From Thermostichus sp. DRC_bins_24 (lineage in GTDB: Bacteria; Cyanobacteriota; Cyanobacteriia; Thermostichales; Thermostichaceae), in assembly GCA_039794845.1 (NCBI GenBank), contig JAUQVK010000042.1, forward strand, positions 1 to 13,465: 13,465 nt of DNA. The letters are read 5' to 3'. The position numbers and the translations under genes are program-made. Within the stretch, counting starts at the first letter, position 1, and every line of letters starts with the position of its first letter. A model generated the notes under the pieces. That model did not search any database, was not told the DNA's origin, and was given only the letters and a program-made list of their open reading frames with translations. This document shows positions 7,247 through 13,465 of this stretch, piece by piece.

Positions 7247-10200
7247 TCAGCCCACCTGCCCTTCTTCCCAGAGACGGCCTTCATACCCCTGTAGCTTGAG
7301 GGCGGTCTGAAAATCCTGACAGGCTCCCTGCCAATCTCCGCCGGCAGAGCGGGCCAAAGCGCGATTGAGGTGAGCCTTGAGATGGTGGGGATCCCGTTCG
7401 ATCACCTGCGTGTAATCACGAATGGCCGACTGAAAATTCCCCTGCTGCGCCTGAGCATAGCCGCGATTGTTCAGCACCCAGAGCCTTTCCTGGGGTTCCA
7501 ACTCCAGGTGTAGCAGCTGCGTGTAATCTTCAATGGCTCTGGGAAGGTCTCCAGAGCGATCCCACAACAAAGCGCGGGAGAGCAAGGCCTGCTGCTCCTG
7601 GGGGTTCAAGATCAGAGCCTGGGTGTAGTCGGCGATGGCCAGATCGATGCTGTGGGCTTGCCGGTGCAGATCCCCCCGTTGACGGTAAGCCAGGGCCGCA
7701 TCGGCCATGCCCCAGTCGCGATTGCGGTTCAGGGCTTGGGTTAGATCCTCGAAGGCCGCCGCCCCATCCCCCAGAGCCTGTTGCACGGTCGCCCGCAGCG
7801 CAAACCCCTGCGAAGCATCCGGTTGTCGTTGGATCACCACTGTGAAATCGGTCAGCGCCCCGGGCCAATCCCCCACCTGCTGGCGAGATAGCCCCCGATA
7901 CAACAATGCCTCGGTCACCAAGGGATCCCGCTCCCCACGGTTCTCATGAATGGTCAGCTCCAGCACCCGATCCAGATCGGCCATCGCTCCGGCTGCGTTT
8001 TGGCGGAGATAGCGGGTTTGGCCCCGTTTCAGGTGCGCTTCCAAATGCTGCGGTTGCCCCTGAATCACCAGGTCAAAGTCGGTTTCTGCCTCTGCATACC
8101 GCCCCAGTTGCAACAACAGGGATCCACGGGCCAGGCGGGCCATCAGGTGCTGGGGATCCCGTTGTAGGGCGCGGCTCAGATCTTGTAGGGCCGCTTCCCC
8201 CTGGCCCAACTGTTGCAAGGCTTGCCCCCGCCGCCACAGGGCTTCGGTATGGTCGGGATCCTGCTGCAAAACCTGACTTAAATCCTCAACGCCGGAGGCC
8301 GAGTTACCCAGCTGCAAATGGGCGATGCCCCGCCCCAACCAAGCCGCCCAAGCCTGAGGTGAGCCAGGCCCTAACCCACGCGGATTCTGCTGCAAGACCC
8401 GGTCGTAATCGGCAACCGCCTCTTGCCAATGGCCCAAGCGCTGGTGCAGCTCCGCCCGCTCCAGGTAGAGATCCCACAGATCCGGTTCCAAGCACAAGGC
8501 CTGGTTCAAATCCTGCAACGCCGCTTCCAGATCCCCGGCTTGCGCCCTTGCCCGCGCCAGCTCCCGATAAAGTTGTGCTTGGGCCAGCTCCACCCCCAGC
8601 TCCAAAGCCCGGCTGTAGTCATGGGTAGCCCCCTGCACATCCCCGAGGGCGGTTCGCACCTGGCCGCGATGCAAATACGCCAGCCCCAAATTCGGATCCC
8701 GTTGCAGAGCTTGATCCAAATCCGCGAGCGCCCCCTGCCAGTCCCCCTGACGTTGCCGCGCCATCCCCCGCCGCAAATGAGCACTCACCAGCCATTCTGG
8801 CCCGCGGGGGCGGGCCAGATTCTGGCCCGTGGAGATCCCAGGCTGGGCAGCCAACTGCAGCACCCGCGAAAAATCCGCACAGGCATCGCCCCACTCTCCG
8901 TGGTCAAAATGGGCGTTGCCCCGGTTCAGGAAAAGCTGTGGATTGTCGGGATCCCGTTCTAGGGCGGCGGTGTAGTCTTGCAGGGCCGCCACCGGGTTCC
9001 CCAGAAGCAAATGCACCCGCCCACGACTGCTGTAGGCGGTGGCATCTTCGGGATCCAGAGCAATCGCTTGGCCAAAATCCGCAAGGGCCGCCTCGATATT
9101 GCCCAAATCCAGGTGGGCGATCCCCCGATTCAAAAAGGCTTTTGCCTCCTGCGGATCCCATTGAAGGGTACGGTTGAAGTCTTCTAGGGCAGCAGCTGGA
9201 TCCCCGAGCCCTTGACGAGCCAAGCCCCGGTACAGATAGGCCCGCGATAACTCCGGGTTTAAGTCGATGGCCCGTCCACAATCGGCAAGTACCGAGTCGA
9301 GGGCGTTGTTGCCCATGTGGGCGATGGCGCGATTCAGGTAGAGCTGCGCTTGACCGGCAGGATCCTGGTCACTCAGCTCGATTGCCCGAGAAAAGTCTTC
9401 TACCGCCCCCGACCAATCTCCCAGGCCCTGACGGGCCAAGCCGCGGTGGTAATAGGCCTTGCTCTGCTGGGGATCCAACCGCAGCACTTGGGTATAGTCC
9501 TCAACACCCCCCGCCAGATCCAGCAAATTCACCCGCGCCACCCCGCGGTTGAAATAGGCCTCCACATCCTGGGGATCCCGTTTGAGCACCTCCGAAAAGT
9601 CTTCCGCTGCCCCCCGCGAATCACCTAGGTTGCCCCGCACCACCCCCCGGTTGAAATAGGCGCGCGTATCCTCCGGATTCAGTTCAATCGCCCGCGAATA
9701 ATCGTCAATCGCCTGCTGCTGCTGATTCAGTTGTCGGTGGGCATTGCCACGGTTGTAATAGGCCACGGCCCATTGCGGGTTAAGGCTGAGGGCTTGGCTG
9801 TAATCGGCAACGGATCCCTCGTAGTCCTCCAGACGGTAGCGGGCGATGCCCCGGTTGAAATAGGCGCGCGCATCCCCGGCCAACTGGATCACTTGTGTGT
9901 AATCTTCGATGGCCCCCGCCAGATCTCCAATTTTGTAGCGGGCGATCCCCCGTTGGCTGTAAGCACGGCTGTCTTTGGGATCCAGCTGAATCGCCAGGGT
10001 ATAGTCGGCAATCGCCCCCATCGGATCCCCTTGGCGGGCTTTATCCTGACCACGGGCCAAAAGGCGCGTCACCAAAACCTGATCCACCCCGACATCGGGA
10101 AGGATGGATTCGTTGTGGGTGGGCAACAGAGGGCGCAACGCCTCCAGCACCTCAGCAGCCGACTGAAAGCGATCCTGCCAGCGGGGGCGAATCATGCGAT

Positions 10201-10996
10201 CGAGAATATCCGCCAGCTCATCGCTCACCTGCACCCGATCCCGCCAGAGCAATTGGCCGGTGCGAGGGTCATCGCGGATTTTGTTGGGGGTGCGCCCCGT
10301 CAGCGCTTGAATGGCCAGCACCCCAAGGGAGTAAAGATCACTGCAGGGTTGCGGTTTACCGTTCAACTGTTCTGCCGGCATGTACCCAACCGAGCCGATC
10401 ACCGTTGCCAACTGGGTTTGGCCGGGGGCATGGCTCACCAACATCCCCACTTCCTTCACCGCCCCAAAGTCGATCAACACCAACTTGCCGTCGGCATCGC
10501 GGCGCATCAGGTTGGCGGGCTTGATATCGCGGTGCACAATGTGGTGGGCATGGACATGGCGCAAAATGTCCAAAACATCTCGCAGCAGTTCCAGCACTTC
10601 CGCCTCGCTAAACGGCTTGCCTGAAACCATCTCATGGCTGAGATCATGCCCGGCAACAAACTCCTGCACCAGATAAAAGTCATGATTCTGCTCGAAGTGG
10701 GCCAACAGGCGCGGCACCCGATCATAGTGGTTGAGCTGGTTGAGAACCTTGGCTTCCCGTTCAAACAGTTTGCGAGCCGTGGCCAAGGTATAGGGATCTG
10801 TTGAAAGGGGACGCAGACGCTTGACAACACAGGGGGTATTGAACGTGTCTTGATCCACCGCCTTATAGGTCACGCCAAATCCACCCTCTCCCAAGGGATT
10901 GAGAATGCGGTAGCGCCCCCTCAGAACCGTTCCCGCTCTGACCCGGTCATCCATAGCTGAAGCCAATGCTGCTGCAAGCTGGCTCGATTTTGCCAC
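7247..10996 (-). CDS. Hanks-type (Pkn2-like) Ser/Thr protein kinase with a long C-terminal TPR array
   Basis: Kinase motifs LGEGGFGVTY, VVK, HRDIKPAN, DFG, GYMPAE and DLYSLG. These are followed by ~930 aa of 34-aa TPR units (AY.NRG.....LG....A..DY..AL.L.P). The start may be the ATG at 10954 rather than the GTG at 10996. Confidence 0.93.
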   Translation of the reverse strand: MAKSSQLAAALASAMDDRVRAGTVLRGRYRILNPLGEGGFGVTYKAVDQDTFNTPCVVKRLRPLSTDPYTLATARKLFEREAKVLNQLNHYDRVPRLLAHFEQNHDFYLVQEFVAGHDLSHEMVSGKPFSEAEVLELLRDVLDILRHVHAHHIVHRDIKPANLMRRDADGKLVLIDFGAVKEVGMLVSHAPGQTQLATVIGSVGYMPAEQLNGKPQPCSDLYSLGVLAIQALTGRTPNKIRDDPRTGQLLWRDRVQVSDELADILDRMIRPRWQDRFQSAAEVLEALRPLLPTHNESILPDVGVDQVLVTRLLARGQDKARQGDPMGAIADYTLAIQLDPKDSRAYSQRGIARYKIGDLAGAIEDYTQVIQLAGDARAYFNRGIARYRLEDYEGSVADYSQALSLNPQWAVAYYNRGNAHRQLNQQQQAIDDYSRAIELNPEDTRAYFNRGVVRGNLGDSRGAAEDFSEVLKRDPQDVEAYFNRGVARVNLLDLAGGVEDYTQVLRLDPQQSKAYYHRGLARQGLGDWSGAVEDFSRAIELSDQDPAGQAQLYLNRAIAHMGNNALDSVLADCGRAIDLNPELSRAYLYRGLARQGLGDPAAALEDFNRTLQWDPQEAKAFLNRGIAHLDLGNIEAALADFGQAIALDPEDATAYSSRGRVHLLLGNPVAALQDYTAALERDPDNPQLFLNRGNAHFDHGEWGDACADFSRVLQLAAQPGISTGQNLARPRGPEWLVSAHLRRGMARQRQGDWQGALADLDQALQRDPNLGLAYLHRGQVRTALGDVQGATHDYSRALELGVELAQAQLYRELARARAQAGDLEAALQDLNQALCLEPDLWDLYLERAELHQRLGHWQEAVADYDRVLQQNPRGLGPGSPQAWAAWLGRGIAHLQLGNSASGVEDLSQVLQQDPDHTEALWRRGQALQQLGQGEAALQDLSRALQRDPQHLMARLARGSLLLQLGRYAEAETDFDLVIQGQPQHLEAHLKRGQTRYLRQNAAGAMADLDRVLELTIHENRGERDPLVTEALLYRGLSRQQVGDWPGALTDFTVVIQRQPDASQGFALRATVQQALGDGAAAFEDLTQALNRNRDWGMADAALAYRQRGDLHRQAHSIDLAIADYTQALILNPQEQQALLSRALLWDRSGDLPRAIEDYTQLLHLELEPQERLWVLNNRGYAQAQQGNFQSAIRDYTQVIERDPHHLKAHLNRALARSAGGDWQGACQDFQTALKLQGYEGRLWEEGQVG

Positions 10997-11060
10997 AGCC
11001 TGGCCGGCTTCCGATGAGCTTCTGGACAGATTTGCGCCAGAACTTCACCAGAACTTCAGC

Positions 11061-11456
11061 TTAGTCCTGGATGTAGTCGCTGCCGTCGATCAGCGCGGCT
11101 TCGGCCCGTTGAAATTCCCGTCCCAGGTAGGCCGCATGGCTCAGTTGCGAGACCACGTTGCCTGCTTCCCCTTCGAAAAGTTGCACACACAGTTCCTTCG
11201 CCGTGCGCCCGACAAAGACCCGCTCCGGAGCCCGATGAACAGGCCCCCGCGCCGGGATCACGGCCCCCGTGTCGGGATCGGTGGCCAGCCCCTGCTCGTT
11301 GATCACGGTGCTGAAGTGCTTGGCGCAGATCAGTTGGCGCTCCCGATCCAGGTAGATGACGAAGTAGCCCGCCGGATCCAGATCCAGGGGTCGGCGGGAC
11401 AGATGCTCATCGATGCTGCGAATCTGATCGGCTAAAGGTGGGAGGGAAGTGGGCAT
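11061..11456 (-). CDS. DUF4346-like conserved cyanobacterial protein
   Basis: 131 aa with LDPAGYFVIY, GRTAKEL, HAAYLGRE and C-terminal YIQD motifs, recalled as typical of this family. Confidence 0.75.
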   Translation of the reverse strand: MPTSLPPLADQIRSIDEHLSRRPLDLDPAGYFVIYLDRERQLICAKHFSTVINEQGLATDPDTGAVIPARGPVHRAPERVFVGRTAKELCVQLFEGEAGNVVSQLSHAAYLGREFQRAEAALIDGSDYIQD

Positions 11457-11617
11457 AGCGCAGAGGGCCAGAAACAGTCGAAAGAAACGTAATCGAGATT
11501 ACTTTTCTCTGTTTTATTCTGGCAGATGAACGGATTCCTTTGCGGCTTATGTCTTGGGCTGGGTGTCTCTTTTTCCTTAGGAATAAGAAGTACCCCCTAT
11601 ATTCCCGTTGAGATCCC

Positions 11618-12250
11618 TTAGCGAGGGGCCACCCGATAGAACCGGGTGGCGGTCACCCATTGGTTGGAGGGGATCTCTTCCACAACAATGGCGCGGGCGA
11701 TCGCGTCGGCAAACTGGGATCCCTGAACCCGCACATCGGCAAACTGCCCACCCCGCTCAAAGGAGGCAATTTCTTGAATGTTCAGAGGACGGGGAGCGGC
11801 CACGGCCAGTACCTGGGCTTGGCCAAAAGGCGGGGCGATGGTCAACTGGTAGCGGGCTCCTGGCGGCGGAAAGGTACGCACTTCTCCGGCCCGCAGAAAC
11901 TCGTTCCCCCCCGACAGGCGGTTGGGCAAGATCAAATTGATGCGGCCATCCGCTTGCACGCTGAACAGGTAAACGTAGGCATCGCGGTTGGTGCTGAGGC
12001 TGATGCGAATCGGCTCACCGGCACGATAAATCGGGTTGGATCCACGCCGATCCAGCTCCAGATTCACACTTAGATCGGAAGGCACCGGGTTGACGATAAT
12101 GGAGCGGGTACCGATATCCAACTGACGGGTATCGGCGATTTGTAACCGCTGCAATGGCGGATAGATGCCCAAAGTTTGTGGAAAAACGGCTGTGGCTGGG
12201 GCCATAGACAACCCCAAGGCTAGCGGCAAGAAAAGCAGTTTGGCGTTCAT
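11618..12250 (-). CDS. Secreted DUF4384-like domain protein
   Basis: N-terminal signal-peptide-like segment and the pattern Y..GE.IRI....NRDAYVYLF....DG...LILPN...FP......PPFG...VLAVA. Confidence 0.75.
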   Translation of the reverse strand: MNAKLLFLPLALGLSMAPATAVFPQTLGIYPPLQRLQIADTRQLDIGTRSIIVNPVPSDLSVNLELDRRGSNPIYRAGEPIRISLSTNRDAYVYLFSVQADGRINLILPNRLSGGNEFLRAGEVRTFPPPGARYQLTIAPPFGQAQVLAVAAPRPLNIQEIASFERGGQFADVRVQGSQFADAIARAIVVEEIPSNQWVTATRFYRVAPR

Positions 12251-12535
12251 GGTTTACACCGGATCAATGGCTAGGTTCATCCTAGAAGGCGGCACGGGTT
12301 AGGAGGCTCTGGCTTCGCGCAATGTCAGATCGCCCGCTGCGGCAGTTTCCCATGCTGCAGATGGTAGCCCCGGTGGGGGAAAGACGCTGAACCGGCGGGA
12401 GCACTCCACCCATCGATATTGATATCGATTGATATTCAAAGGCGTGGGTCTTGAGGTCAAAACAGGTTGAGGAAGGGCTAAGCTGCAAACACAGGGGATC
12501 CTATCCGGATCCAGGCCAACCATAGACCATCGCCC

Positions 12536-12973
12536 ATGACACAGAGCAGCTACCAAGAGGGCATCGAAGCCGTTCAGGCTGGGGACTTACCGGCTGCAAT
12601 TCAAGCCTTTCGGCAGGTGCTTGCCTCCGACCCTACCCATACCGAAGCCCGTTACAAACTGGCCTGGGTGCTGGGCATGAGTGGCTATCTGGATCCCGCC
12701 TTGGCCGAACTCGAGGCGGTTTTGGCGGCGGATCCCAACCATGCCTCCGCCCATTACAACCGGGGGGCACTGCTGTTGCAAAAGGCTCAACTGGAGGCGG
12801 AAATGGATGGGCAAATGGATCTGGAGATCCTTCAGCAGGCGGAAGTGGCTTTTCAGGCGGTGATGCGTTTGGATCCCACCGACCAACGGGCCTATGCCTT
12901 TCTCAATCTGGTCAAGCGGGCCATTCGCAACCATCAGCCGCAAACGGATGCGTCTAACCGTAATAGTGGGTAA
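12536..12973 (+). CDS. Small TPR-repeat protein
   Basis: 145 aa with about 3 TPR-like units (AIQAFRQVLASDP, ARYKLA, AHYNRG, AFQAVMRLDP). Confidence 0.8.
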   Translation: MTQSSYQEGIEAVQAGDLPAAIQAFRQVLASDPTHTEARYKLAWVLGMSGYLDPALAELEAVLAADPNHASAHYNRGALLLQKAQLEAEMDGQMDLEILQQAEVAFQAVMRLDPTDQRAYAFLNLVKRAIRNHQPQTDASNRNSG

Positions 12974-13433
12974 ACCCCTGCACCAGGGCTTCTATCGGGG
13001 CAATGCTGGGATCCCCTAGCTCTGCTTCTGCTTCCTGAGAAACCTGTTGCACCACTTCGGGCGGCAATTGCAGCTTATCCACCAGCTGCTGAAAGGCCTC
13101 CAACTCTTCCAGATTCACCACAGGCTCCTCCGGGCTGCGGGCGCTGGCGGCGATCACCATATAGCCCAACTTGAGGATCATGCGCTTCTCGGCCTCATCG
13201 CTGATCTTGGGCAACACTTCATCCAACGGGATCCGCTGCACAAAGTACTCGCGGATTTGTTTGGCAAGGCTGGCCTGCTGGCCGGGATCCGGAGCAAAAT
13301 GCTGCGAGAGTTGTTGAGCCATCAATTCCACTTCCGCAACCTCCAGCGCACCATCCGACCAAGCCATGGCGGTGACAGCTCGCAACAGATTCATTTGTTT
13401 GGGGGTAATGCCGGGCGGGGGGGGAGTAGGCAT
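12954..13433 (-). CDS. TerB-family (tellurite resistance-like) protein
   Basis: 159 aa with LLRAVTAMAWSDG.L...EV and a second helical repeat. It overlaps the TPR gene convergently by 20 nt. Confidence 0.7.
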   Translation of the reverse strand: MPTPPPPGITPKQMNLLRAVTAMAWSDGALEVAEVELMAQQLSQHFAPDPGQQASLAKQIREYFVQRIPLDEVLPKISDEAEKRMILKLGYMVIAASARSPEEPVVNLEELEAFQQLVDKLQLPPEVVQQVSQEAEAELGDPSIAPIEALVQGFTHYYG

Positions 13434-13465
13434 GCATCCTCCTGGGGGATCATCTGCCAGTGTAG

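Larger units (their letters stand above)
3064..13465. repeat. Dispersed highly iterated palindrome GGATCC/GGGATCCC
   Basis: Counted by eye: about 7 GGATCC in the 975-bp WYL gene and about 16 in the 3.75-kb kinase gene, against roughly 0.3 per kb expected by chance. Confidence 0.85.

Noticed and set aside
9968..9975. AAG-ACAGC inside the kinase gene
   Set aside because: Only 5 seed nucleotides match before pairing breaks at position 7, which is expected by chance.
10962..10975. 10-nt match (GCCAATGCTG) to spacer 1 near the kinase start
   Set aside because: Position 1 is mismatched and the PAM position reads GCA, not AAG.
12282..12410. GC-rich leader of the DUF4384-like gene as a cobalamin-type riboswitch, and the short ORFs 12282-12488 and 12299-12556
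   Set aside because: Only fragmentary resemblance (GGGAA, AGCCAGA) without the conserved core. The ORFs have no recognisable features. An Rfam/Infernal search would settle it.

Overview
Cyanobacterial DNA rich in the GGATCC/GGGATCCC palindrome, which suggests a thermophilic Synechococcus/Thermostichus-like host (inference). The left 4 kb is the start of a type I-E CRISPR-Cas locus on the minus strand: an HTH-WYL regulator translationally coupled to cas3. The most notable element is the ~330 bp after cas3. It holds a degenerate type I-E mini-array with its own sigma70-like promoter. Its 21-nt first spacer matches, over the seed only, two AAG-PAM-flanked sites. One site overlaps the -35 of the mini-array's own promoter, and the other overlaps the apparent -35 of the promoter for the next gene, which lies outside the window. 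This looks like a CreA/CreR-type RNA-guided repression circuit. The WYL-cas3 promoter also has a PafBC-like -26 element (TGCCGG-N10-TAGAAT). The rest looks like core genome: an OFA-family MFS transporter, lysS, a Ser/Thr kinase with a long TPR array, DUF4346-like, DUF4384-like, small TPR and TerB-like genes.
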